Virus record (IMG/VR): IMGVR_UViG_3300042691_046823
DNA from: a virus
Reading direction: 5' to 3' (one strand)
DNA: 64,000 bases
In this document: one piece after another, positions 10,496-19,132 of the stretch
Layout of the letters: each line of letters starts with the position of its first letter
How positions within the stretch are numbered: the first letter of the stretch is position 1
Translations under genes and position numbers: made by a program
Notes under the pieces: model-generated
What the model was told of the DNA's origin: nothing
Seen by the model: only the letters and a program-made list of their open reading frames with translations
Databases searched by the model: none

Positions 10496-10737
10496 TGAAC
10501 ATAGACACGGTAATACACAACTTCTTGCAACAAAATACAGCACTGTCACAGCGCATGCAACAGGCTTTGTCCTACAAGGCTGCAGCCGAAGCCGGTGAGA
10601 TGAGTGCTGACGAATATCAAGCACTGATGACAGATCTGCAACGGCTGGACCAAATACAACTGAGTGCAGATGAACTGGATCAACAGATAGCTTTCAACAA
10701 TATCATCAACGCTTTGAAGTCAGTGCCGCTGCCATAA
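10492..10737 (+). CDS. Hypothetical protein
   Basis: 81 aa helical ORF coupled by ATGA overlap. Confidence 0.6.
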   Translation: MMNIDTVIHNFLQQNTALSQRMQQALSYKAAAEAGEMSADEYQALMTDLQRLDQIQLSADELDQQIAFNNIINALKSVPLP

Positions 10738-10753
10738 AATAAACTACTCGCAT

Positions 10754-10805
10754 TTGTCTACCCCTGGCTGACTGTAAATAATAAGTCGCCTTAGGAGCTA
10801 GACAA
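10754..10805 (+). promoter_or_regulatory. RBS-occluding hairpin with late promoter TAAATA in its loop
   Basis: TTGTCTA 10754-60 pairs TAGACAA 10799-805; CCT/AGG, GGC/GCC, GACT/AGTC inner pairs; TAAATA 10775-80. Confidence 0.7.
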
Positions 10806-10807
10806 CT

Positions 10808-11371
10808 ATGACTATAAAAAAATTCTGGGCGGGCGTAACGATATCTATCTTCGCGTCTGTTGCCATGGCACAGACCGATCCGATTATAACGCAAAGCACC
10901 AGCACATCGACAAGCACAACCAATGGAAAAAGTGAGACCACTGTGAAGTCTCCACCTCCCACGGCCGTGGCACCTGCTATCAGTTCAATGAACTCAGATC
11001 TGTGTGCGGTGGGCGTGTCAGGAGCGGCACAAACACAGATCCTTGGCATAGCCATTGGGTCAACATTTACAGACAAGAACTGCGAACGATTAAAACTGTC
11101 TAAGAGTCTCTACGACATGGGCATGAAGGTAGCAGCCGTGGCCACACTATGTGGTGACGAGCGTGTGTTCGAAGCCATGATGAATGCTGGTACACCCTGT
11201 CCCGTAGAAGGCAAGATCGGTGCCGAAGCCAAGGTCATATGGGAAGAGCGTCGCAATCCCAAAAAGCCCGAAACACGCCCTGTGGCACAGACAGACAAAA
11301 AGGACAAGTGGACCTGTGAATCCTATGCAGGCGATGACGACCTGGTGCGGAAACGCCTGGGCTGTAAGTAA
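10808..11371 (+). CDS. Secreted Cys-containing protein
   Basis: Signal peptide ending AMA-Q, S/T-rich linker, several Cys; SD AGGAG. Confidence 0.65.
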   Translation: MTIKKFWAGVTISIFASVAMAQTDPIITQSTSTSTSTTNGKSETTVKSPPPTAVAPAISSMNSDLCAVGVSGAAQTQILGIAIGSTFTDKNCERLKLSKSLYDMGMKVAAVATLCGDERVFEAMMNAGTPCPVEGKIGAEAKVIWEERRNPKKPETRPVAQTDKKDKWTCESYAGDDDLVRKRLGCK

Positions 11372-12921
11372 TGAACATCTGGCTTCGTTTCTGGATCTAC
11401 TGGGCCCTATTGACCTTTGGGTTCTGGTTGAGTTATCCGGCCTATGGCCAGACAGCCACGACCAATCTCATCAACCCTGCTGGCACGGCCTGGGGCATAC
11501 CCAATAACCAAGTCATGAACTCTGCAGGTATCGGTGCCATAGAAGGTGCTGGACCTACCACGGGTTCGGCCTACTACAATCAAGATACCAACACCATCAG
11601 ATTTTCATATATGCCTAGCACAGTGGCACAGAGCATTGCCATTACCAATGCTTTGGCCGGTAACGGCATCAAGTGGCTGGGCTATGACTATGCCTGGTCG
11701 ATCATGAACGGTGGCCAGGCCGCTGGCCCGCTGTCAGCAAACATCAGTCTCATGCAGAACAAATCGGTATTGGAAACATTTTCCTATTCATATGCAGCCG
11801 GTGGCCAACCTGCTGGTATTTTCGTCACCTATTCTGGTCGGCAACTTTTTTCCCAAAGCGGTGGCTACACCACTGGACAAGTAAGCAGTCTGGATATGTC
11901 ATGGACTGGACAAGACAGTTTGTTCTGGATGGGACTGTATGGACCGAGGGTGCGAGACACCAATGTGCGGCTGCTGTATGGGGTGGATCAGTGTGCCACC
12001 AATCCCTTGAGCGATCCCACTTGTTCGGGCTATGCACAGGCCTTGTTGACACAACAATGCACAGCCAATCCATTGACAGATCCTTCCTGTCCAGGGTATG
12101 CAACCGCACTTTTTACGCAACAATGCACAGCAAATCCATTGTACAATGCTACCTGCCCTGGATATCAACAGGCCTATTTCAATCAACAATGCACAGCCAA
12201 TCCCTTGTATGATCGATCATGTCCGGGATACAACACTGCTTATGCCCTGCAACAACAATCCACACAGTCCACTGCCACTGCTTCTACTGCCTCCACCAGC
12301 ACCACCACGGTATCTGTCACAGGCACTGTTTCCACAACAGAACCTACCATAACCATTGCTACCGACGGCACGGTGACCACAGGAGTGGCAGTGGTTCCTG
12401 ACAGTGAGGTCAATACCGTGGTGACTAAAAAAATTGAAAGCACAGCCAGTCCCACTGGCTCAGTGACCCTGCAGGTACAGACCAAGGCACAGGAAGAAAG
12501 CGAAGAAGAACGACGCCGCAGGCTGCGAGCAGCCACTGACGCCGAGCGTGAGATCGCACTCAAAGAAGAAAAGAAACGCGAAGAAGAAGCCAGCGAGCGT
12601 AGGAAAGAACTTGCTGCCAAGATGCGAGCGGCAGCACAAGAAGCCGCTGTGGGCCGAGGCCGCGAAGCCATACGGGATGCCGATCGTGCCCAGACCCTGG
12701 AACAACAAGTGGCCAATCAGGCTTTGATCGTGGCCACCATGAACTTCGTTCCCGGCTTTGAAAGTTACGGTGTGGCTCGACTACCCGACGCACCAGGATA
12801 TCGTCCCTATGAGATATATCGCGGCCAACAGCCAGTGGACAACCGTAGACTATTACGCGGGCTCACAGGTGCTTCGGACCAACGGCACGCCGAAATGGTA
12901 GACAGCCAGTATGGGAGGTAG
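11371..12921 (+). CDS. Secreted/membrane protein with four Cys-pair repeats, T-rich linker and coiled coil
   Basis: N-terminal hydrophobic segment; QCxxNPLxxxxCxGY x4; charged helical region. Confidence 0.7.
   Translation: MNIWLRFWIYWALLTFGFWLSYPAYGQTATTNLINPAGTAWGIPNNQVMNSAGIGAIEGAGPTTGSAYYNQDTNTIRFSYMPSTVAQSIAITNALAGNGIKWLGYDYAWSIMNGGQAAGPLSANISLMQNKSVLETFSYSYAAGGQPAGIFVTYSGRQLFSQSGGYTTGQVSSLDMSWTGQDSLFWMGLYGPRVRDTNVRLLYGVDQCATNPLSDPTCSGYAQALLTQQCTANPLTDPSCPGYATALFTQQCTANPLYNATCPGYQQAYFNQQCTANPLYDRSCPGYNTAYALQQQSTQSTATASTASTSTTTVSVTGTVSTTEPTITIATDGTVTTGVAVVPDSEVNTVVTKKIESTASPTGSVTLQVQTKAQEESEEERRRRLRAATDAEREIALKEEKKREEEASERRKELAAKMRAAAQEAAVGRGREAIRDADRAQTLEQQVANQALIVATMNFVPGFESYGVARLPDAPGYRPYEIYRGQQPVDNRRLLRGLTGASDQRHAEMVDSQYGR
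11989..12231 (+). repeat. Four tandem 66-nt (22 aa) coding repeats
   Basis: Units start at 11989, 12055, 12121, 12187 (caatgcacagc.aatcc.ttg; first unit more diverged). Confidence 0.9.
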
Positions 12922-12923
12922 AC

Positions 12924-13133
12924 ATGGAATACTCACTGCTGTTCCAGGCGTTCATGGTTTTCTATCTCTTGGAGATTGCATTCATAGCGGTGTTTGTGTA
13001 CATGATGTCTCGAGAATATCATATAGAAGAGCAACAACAGGCCATAGAACTGGCTCGAAACACAGGACCGTCGGCCAGTGATCTCATAATGATGAGACAA
13101 AAAATGCGAGAATTACAAAGACAACAAGAATAA
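12924..13133 (+). CDS. Small membrane protein
   Basis: One N-terminal TM helix; SD GGAGG. Confidence 0.6.
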   Translation: MEYSLLFQAFMVFYLLEIAFIAVFVYMMSREYHIEEQQQAIELARNTGPSASDLIMMRQKMRELQRQQE

Positions 13134-13145
13134 AGGAGTCGTAAA

Positions 13146-13625
13146 ATGTCAGAAGAAATCAAGGATGTAAACAAAAAGATTGATGCCGCAGAAGCGGCCG
13201 TGAAGAAGTACGCCAGCAAGGACACAGTGATCTCCATTGGAGGCTACGAGTTCACTCCGGCTAAACTTATGGTAGCAGCCACCATAGTGAGTTCAATCCT
13301 GGGCGGACTCTACGGTACTTTTGAAGTGTACAAGAGTTACCAGGACATGAAGACCAAGATCGAGAAGTATGTGACCCCGGATCTCACGGAAATCGAAAAG
13401 AAACTGGCCATCGTGGAAGAAAACAGCCAGAAGTCATCGGACTACACCAGAGATATCAAGAACGATCTCCGTGCAGATATCCGCAAATTGGAAAAGATCG
13501 TGGACGATGTAGAGCGTAGTAGCAAGCAGAGCCAGCGTGAGCAAGAGCGTGATCTGCGTGAGCTCCGCAAAGAAATCGACGCTAAAATACAAAAAGCACT
13601 GGACAACCCACTGGCGGGCAAGTAA
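13146..13625 (+). CDS. TM-anchored coiled-coil protein (inner-spanin-like architecture)
   Basis: TM LMVAATIVSSILGGLYG followed by long heptad region; SD AAGGAG. Confidence 0.5.
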   Translation: MSEEIKDVNKKIDAAEAAVKKYASKDTVISIGGYEFTPAKLMVAATIVSSILGGLYGTFEVYKSYQDMKTKIEKYVTPDLTEIEKKLAIVEENSQKSSDYTRDIKNDLRADIRKLEKIVDDVERSSKQSQREQERDLRELRKEIDAKIQKALDNPLAGK

Positions 13626-13631
13626 ACCATC

Positions 13632-13672
13632 CACTGGTAAATACTCCAAGATAATAGGAGCAGACACCAGTG
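13632..13672 (+). promoter_or_regulatory. Start-codon/RBS-occluding hairpin containing TAAATA
   Basis: CACTGGT 13632-38 pairs ACCAGTG 13666-72 (includes GTG start); CTCC 13644-47 pairs GGAG 13657-60; TAAATA 13638-43. Confidence 0.7.
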
Positions 13673-13945
13673 AACGATAAAAAGCTTTTCAAATGGGTGA
13701 TTTTGTTGATCCTGGCACCCTTAACACTGGCAATATTCGGTGGCGATAACTTCCGATACCCATGCCAGGATCCCGCCAATTGGGACAAGGATTTCTGTAA
13801 AAAACCCCAGTGTGATGTTACCCGCACTTGCCCTGAGCACATATTCAAAGGACAGAGAGATCCTCGCCAAGGCATGCCCACGGATCAACAACCCACAGGC
13901 ACCCCCGTTGCCGCACAACCTCGTCAAGGAGCAGAATGTAAATGA
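13670..13945 (+). CDS. Small exported Cys-rich protein
   Basis: Signal/TM then FRYPCQDP...C...C...CPE; GTG start with SD AGGAG. Confidence 0.6.
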   Translation: MNDKKLFKWVILLILAPLTLAIFGGDNFRYPCQDPANWDKDFCKKPQCDVTRTCPEHIFKGQRDPRQGMPTDQQPTGTPVAAQPRQGAECK

Positions 13946-14472
13946 AAATATTAGACAAAATCTTAGACCGTGCGTCTGATAACACACCACCAGAAACTTT
14001 TATGTATACCGAAGAGCAGCTCATGGCCCGGCTCAAGTTTTTCATAGGCATCTGCCTGGCTCTCACGCTGGTAGGCATCGTGTTCGTAGTTCTATACAGC
14101 ATTATTTTTGTCACCCAACCGCTGAATGCTATCAGTCCCATTGATCAGAAGTTCTTTGAACTGATCATACCCATAGCCACGTTCCTCACAGGTACCTTGA
14201 GTGGTATCATGTTGGCCGGCAATGACAAGGATTTGAAAGCCAAGGCCCTGGACGCTGCCGCGGGTGCTGTGCCTCAGGCACGACCAGTGAGTTCCATGCC
14301 CACGACACCCGCCATGGGTGGGTTTGGCACATCGGGTATGCCACCAAGACCCGCTATGCCACCGGCTGCACCCATGGGCATGCCCAGCATGCCACCACCA
14401 CCTCCGGGTGCAGCTCCTGTGAGTTCGGCACCACCAGGACCTCCTAACCTACCGCCTCCACCGGTGTTCTAA
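13942..14472 (+). CDS. Two-TM membrane protein with Pro-rich tail (holin-like topology)
   Basis: Two hydrophobic helices; P/M/A-rich C-terminus. Confidence 0.55.
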   Translation: MKILDKILDRASDNTPPETFMYTEEQLMARLKFFIGICLALTLVGIVFVVLYSIIFVTQPLNAISPIDQKFFELIIPIATFLTGTLSGIMLAGNDKDLKAKALDAAAGAVPQARPVSSMPTTPAMGGFGTSGMPPRPAMPPAAPMGMPSMPPPPPGAAPVSSAPPGPPNLPPPPVF

Positions 14473-15086
14473 TGAGCCAACGGCGTGAATCCACAGACTG
14501 GTTGGCCAAGATCCTGGCCTATGTGGACTCGCCGTTCAAACTCATTGCCATCATTATCATGGCCGTGGTGGGATTTACCGGTGTCATGCTTTACAAGAAC
14601 CAAGAGATCTTGCTGGGTGCCTACAAAGAGCACCAGCGACTGCCAGAGATAGCGGATGACCGCTTGGATGATGCTGTCAAACACTTGTTCAAATACACCC
14701 AGGCCGAAGTGGTGGCTGTATTCAAGGTCAACCCCATACTGGGCACAAGGGTATTGTATCGTGCTTACACTCGCGAAGGTCGAGACAAAACCAAGGAAGG
14801 CATGGATGTGGGCTTGTTTTCCGCCAACGCTGCCAACAATCGTGATGTGGTGGCCCTCATGGCCGGTGAAACGCCCTGCGGAGAATATCTCACGGCCCAG
14901 AGCGAGATTGGGCTGTGGTACATCGACCAAGGCATGAGATACGGCTGCAGGATCAGCGTTCCTCCAGACAACACAAGATTCATTGGTCAGTTGACAGTGG
15001 GCTGGAAAGAGCAGCCTGCGGACATAGATCAAATTCGTGCTATGATGAACATAGCATCTACCATGCTGAGCAGGACGAAAAAATGA
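14472..15086 (+). CDS. Single-TM protein with GAF-like soluble domain, possible T4 gpT-type holin
   Basis: TM LIAIIIMAVVGFTGVML; C-terminal GCRISVPP...IGQLTVGW pattern like the GAF-fold strands of T4 holin T; two Cys. Confidence 0.4.
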   Translation: MSQRRESTDWLAKILAYVDSPFKLIAIIIMAVVGFTGVMLYKNQEILLGAYKEHQRLPEIADDRLDDAVKHLFKYTQAEVVAVFKVNPILGTRVLYRAYTREGRDKTKEGMDVGLFSANAANNRDVVALMAGETPCGEYLTAQSEIGLWYIDQGMRYGCRISVPPDNTRFIGQLTVGWKEQPADIDQIRAMMNIASTMLSRTKK

Positions 15087-15140
15087 GCTGGTTCAAACAC
15101 AGCCCACGTCGATCATTAAATACTAATATAAAGGATTCCT

Positions 15141-15455
15141 ATGAGAAAACTCATGCTCCTGGTCTTATTAGGCCTGAGTCTGCCTGCACAAGCGAACGAG
15201 TGGTTCGAAAGTCAGAAACCAGTGACCTGCGGCCCGTTCCGGGAAATAGTGCAGACCCTGACACTGGAGCAGTATGAAGAAGCACCCATCTGGATTGGCC
15301 AAAGCAGTGCTGATCGCACGCAGTTCAGCCTTTTTATCAATGCCGGTACAGGTACATGGACCTTGGTGCAGTATGGGCAGATCACGGGCTGTATCATTGG
15401 TGTGGGGAAGAATCACCGCATGATTGATCCTGCTCAATTCAGCAAATCACATTAA
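15141..15455 (+). CDS. Small secreted protein
   Basis: Signal peptide (AQA-N), two Cys; TAAATA at 15117-22 upstream. Confidence 0.6.
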   Translation: MRKLMLLVLLGLSLPAQANEWFESQKPVTCGPFREIVQTLTLEQYEEAPIWIGQSSADRTQFSLFINAGTGTWTLVQYGQITGCIIGVGKNHRMIDPAQFSKSH

Positions 15456-15462
15456 ATACTCT

Positions 15463-16251
15463 ATGCTCCTCAACGAACTGTTTACCAATGTCAGCGAAGT
15501 CACCAAGGATGAGATAGAAAAACCGCATCTCTATCTCGACATGGACGGTGTGCAAGCTGATTTTTTTACACAATGGGCCCGTTGGCACAACAAAAAATTT
15601 GGTATGAGCCATGTAGAGCGTTACAAAGATATCGGGTCAAAAGAACAGCGTGAACAGAGCATTTCAGAACTGTCAGCCGAAGGTCCGGAATTCATTGAAC
15701 GATTCTTTGCTACTTTGCCTACCTTGCCCGGCGGCCAGAAACTCATACGCTGGTTGAGACAAAATCGCATACCTTTCACTGTGCTCAGCGCACCCTTGCG
15801 CGGCATGAATGCACCCAGCATCGCTGGTAAAAAAATCTGGTTAGATTCTCACAATCCCGGCACATCGGGATCAGCCATATTCACCGGAGACAAAGCACGC
15901 ATGGCTACCACAGGTGGTCGACCCAATGTCTTGGTTGATGATTTCAAAAAATACGTAGGTGCCTGGCAGGATGCTGGTGGCATAGGCATACTATATCGAG
16001 ACAGCAACGTGGATGATGCCATAGCACAGCTGGCCAAGATTTACGGTGTGAACATGACAGAATCGCAGGATTTTCAGAGCCACGCGGCCCGACTCAAAAC
16101 CTACAAAGTCACCCTAAAAATATCGCAAGGGGCCGCTTCACAGCGCATGGATACCACTGTGGTGGCACGCAATCCTGAACAAGCCAAACGCATGGTGGCA
16201 CAGCAATATGGAAAAAACATTGTAGTCACACGACCGATAGAACTGCGATGA
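15463..16251 (+). CDS. HAD-family 5'(3')-deoxyribonucleotidase with N-terminal leader
   Basis: YLDMDGVQADF motif I, LSAP, K, LVDD motif IV; start moved to ATG 15463 (MLLNELF), 4 nt after TAAATA. Confidence 0.8.
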   Translation: MLLNELFTNVSEVTKDEIEKPHLYLDMDGVQADFFTQWARWHNKKFGMSHVERYKDIGSKEQREQSISELSAEGPEFIERFFATLPTLPGGQKLIRWLRQNRIPFTVLSAPLRGMNAPSIAGKKIWLDSHNPGTSGSAIFTGDKARMATTGGRPNVLVDDFKKYVGAWQDAGGIGILYRDSNVDDAIAQLAKIYGVNMTESQDFQSHAARLKTYKVTLKISQGAASQRMDTTVVARNPEQAKRMVAQQYGKNIVVTRPIELR

Positions 16252-18224
16252 GAGCCAGAGAATTTATCGTCGAAGTCAGCGACGAACGTTTACAAAATTA
16301 TTTGAGCCGCGCTGGACAACAGGTTGATCGTAGAATGGAAAAAATGGCCCAGGTCAGAGATAGACTCAACAAGGGCTACGAAATATACCACGCTGAAGAT
16401 CCCACTCGCATAGTCCATAGATTTGAAGCTGGCACACCTGCCGAAGCACGACGCTATTATGAAAAATACAATACCAACTATGAAAGTGACCGTGATTACG
16501 ATTTGAAACTGCGTCGAAGCACAGGTTTGATGGAAGATGCATTTCGTGGCATAGATATATCTATGGAACGCGACGATGACGAAATCATGGTGCGAGCGTC
16601 AACAGGTGACAAGCAGTTGGGATCCGTGCTGTTCGTGGACTACGACGGTGAGTTGATGCCACAGGATCTTGAGGTGGATGAACGCTATCATGGCCAGGGC
16701 ATCGCCCAGGCCATGTATGACTATGTGAAAAGCCTGGGTTATAAGATACGCAGGAGTGGCCAGCAGACCGATGCTGGTGCTGGCTTTTGGGCCAAACATC
16801 GACCCGATAGCAATGTGTGGGAACAGGGTGTCTCGGAAGGCTCCTTGAATGAATATCGTGATCAACTTTGGGCTTGGATTCAGTCTAAATTTCCAAGCAC
16901 ACAATGGCCTGAATATGTGCAACGAGATTTTTTATATGCCAAGGCAAAAGGAAATCAAAATCAAAAAGATTTAGAAGATTTTTCAGATGAGATACAGCGA
17001 GATTTTGGTCGAGTGAGATGGCGATTGGAAAAACTGCCCATCACACTTGACATCTTTACACCCAAAACTCAACGAATGATCAAAGAGCGTGAAGGTGGTT
17101 CGAGTAATCCATATCAAGTGCCCAAAGATACCGAACGCCACGCATTACAACAAAAAATGATCCAACAAAAAGGGGTAAGCCAAGAACCTATCATTGTTGC
17201 TAAATTGAGCAATGGTTATGATTTGATTGAAGGGTGGCATAGGACCATCCAACATCTAAAAGCGTATCCCCAGGGGTATACTGGACCTGCCTGGGTAGGT
17301 TATGGGGCGACTTATACAAGTGAATCAAAACAAGGTGTGGCGGAAGGCACCGATGATATCAAAAAGAAAATGTCAAAATTGGAAGCACTGGCCCTGGCTG
17401 CAAATCGTGCCGGTGATGATGCAAAATGCAAAATGTATCAGCAAAAGATTCAATCACTTAAACAAAAATTATCTAAAGATATGTCAGCAGGTGTCACGGA
17501 AGTAAAGATAGGCCCCGAAATCACTGGCCGCAGCCTATTGTTCAAAGCAGCGGCCATGGCCATGAGAGATGCCGGACGTGAAGGCATAACTCTGGACTAC
17601 GACCAGGCCATCAAGCAAGCCAGCCGGATCTATGGAATACCTTACCAACCCAGTGAACTGCCAAAACTGTTAGCCCAGCGAGCAGAAATAGATCGTCAGT
17701 TGGCTCTGCTAAAGCAAGGCAAGCAAGTGGCCAAGCAACGTAGGCAAGAAAAACGGGCACCCACACCAGCCGGTGCCGAAGAATACTGGCGCACACATGC
17801 TTTACCCACGGACCGTATCAAACCTCCGACCAAGACTCTGGAGGAAATGCAAGAAACTCCACCCGAAGTGCTACGAGCCTTGGATCAAGCCGCACAGAAG
17901 AATGGTTATAAGAACTGGGCAGATGTCAAGGCCAATCCTAGAAGTAACCGTGCAGTGATAACTGTGGCCAAGCTGGCCAACGAAATCATGAAGACCACTG
18001 GCCCGCATCATGAAAAAATATTCTACAAAAGCAAGACCGACGAGAACTTTGCTGATGGCAAAGTCAAGGGAAAAAGCAGACCAGGTCGTGTGAAACGTGC
18101 AGGTGCCAGTTGCAACGGAAGTGTAACTGATCTACGAGCCCGTGCTAAAAATGCGTCGGGCGAAAAGGCCAAAATGTATCACTGGTGTGCCAACATGAAA
18201 TCCGGCAAGAAAAAAAGCAAATAA
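16248..18224 (+). CDS. MRAREF-leader polyprotein: GNAT + ParB/Srx-like + basic C-terminal module
   Basis: VDERYHGQGIAQAMY; EPIIV...LIEGWHR; linkers QGVSEG, QGVAEG, AGVTE. Confidence 0.7.
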   Translation: MRAREFIVEVSDERLQNYLSRAGQQVDRRMEKMAQVRDRLNKGYEIYHAEDPTRIVHRFEAGTPAEARRYYEKYNTNYESDRDYDLKLRRSTGLMEDAFRGIDISMERDDDEIMVRASTGDKQLGSVLFVDYDGELMPQDLEVDERYHGQGIAQAMYDYVKSLGYKIRRSGQQTDAGAGFWAKHRPDSNVWEQGVSEGSLNEYRDQLWAWIQSKFPSTQWPEYVQRDFLYAKAKGNQNQKDLEDFSDEIQRDFGRVRWRLEKLPITLDIFTPKTQRMIKEREGGSSNPYQVPKDTERHALQQKMIQQKGVSQEPIIVAKLSNGYDLIEGWHRTIQHLKAYPQGYTGPAWVGYGATYTSESKQGVAEGTDDIKKKMSKLEALALAANRAGDDAKCKMYQQKIQSLKQKLSKDMSAGVTEVKIGPEITGRSLLFKAAAMAMRDAGREGITLDYDQAIKQASRIYGIPYQPSELPKLLAQRAEIDRQLALLKQGKQVAKQRRQEKRAPTPAGAEEYWRTHALPTDRIKPPTKTLEEMQETPPEVLRALDQAAQKNGYKNWADVKANPRSNRAVITVAKLANEIMKTTGPHHEKIFYKSKTDENFADGKVKGKSRPGRVKRAGASCNGSVTDLRARAKNASGEKAKMYHWCANMKSGKKKSK

Positions 18225-18242
18225 AGCCACGGTAAATACACC

Positions 18243-18536
18243 GTGAAAACTGCGTTCGTCAAAGTGTTATTCGATCTTGATTGCGATTGGGAAGGATTGC
18301 CTCCAGTGTATCGCATATATGTCAACGACGAGATGTTCGCAGAGCGCACCTGGATATGGACCAATCATTATCTCGAAGAAATGTTGCAGATCAATGCGGC
18401 ACCGGGCCAGTACAAGATCCGAGTAGTGCCCGTGGGACCAAATCTTGCGGAATTTCGCCCCAGCAACTGGCGAATAGAAGTAGGGCCGGCACGCTGGGCC
18501 AAGAAAGCCCTGTTGGAGGTATTAGATGAGAGCTAA
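18243..18536 (+). CDS. Hypothetical protein
   Basis: GTG start 4 nt after TAAATA (18233-38); beta-rich 97 aa. Confidence 0.6.
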   Translation: MKTAFVKVLFDLDCDWEGLPPVYRIYVNDEMFAERTWIWTNHYLEEMLQINAAPGQYKIRVVPVGPNLAEFRPSNWRIEVGPARWAKKALLEVLDES

Positions 18537-18702
18537 AGAATTCCTTCCGGAAAATGCCGCTGCCAGCACTACCAGTGCAGGTTCTATGGCACCTATATCT
18601 CAATCTTTAGGGTCATTGATCTCGCGCACGGGTTTTGGCAAACCTGCTAAATATATGAACAGTTTTAATCCTGCAAAGAAACGGAAACGCCATGTTGGTT
18701 GA
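18526..18702 (+). CDS. MRAKEF-leader micro-protein (58 aa; absent from the ORF track)
   Basis: Translated by hand: MRAKEFLPENAAASTTSAGSMAP...KKRKRHVG*; SD GGAGG upstream; fills the gap between neighbours. Confidence 0.75.
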   Translation: MRAKEFLPENAAASTTSAGSMAPISQSLGSLISRTGFGKPAKYMNSFNPAKKRKRHVG

Positions 18703-19132
18703 TGATTTAAAAACATTTTTAGGCAGCAGTTATGCGTATTTTACCAAGGCCTGGGGCTTCCACTGGAACGTGGAAGGATCTAACTTTGGTGAACTGCATG
18801 ATTTCTTTGCTGGCATCTACACTGATACCCAAGAAAGCATCGACAAGACCGCGGAATTCATCCGCACCACTGACGAATATGCTCCTGGCAGCCTTGAGCG
18901 TTTTCAAGAACTCAGCCAGATCACAGGACAGATCAAAGTACCGCGTGCCCGACTCATGCTTACTGAGTTGCTGGCCGACACGCAGACCATGATCGATCTA
19001 AGCAAGACCCTGTTCCAATCTGCTTCGCAAGAAGGTCGTGAAGATATTTCCAACTTTGCTGCCGAGCGCCAAGAAGCGCATGGCAAGTATGCCTGGCAGA
19101 TCAAGTCATATCTCAAAGAGGCTCGTGAATGA
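18692..19132 (+). CDS. dps: Dps/ferritin-like DNA protection protein
   Basis: HWNVEGSNFGELHDFF...D..AE ferroxidase signature; 146 aa. Confidence 0.85.
   Translation: MLVDDLKTFLGSSYAYFTKAWGFHWNVEGSNFGELHDFFAGIYTDTQESIDKTAEFIRTTDEYAPGSLERFQELSQITGQIKVPRARLMLTELLADTQTMIDLSKTLFQSASQEGREDISNFAAERQEAHGKYAWQIKSYLKEARE

Noticed and set aside
10786-10796. TCGCCTTAGGA shared with 23984-23994
   Set aside because: A single 11-nt match with different surrounding structures is compatible with chance in 64 kb.
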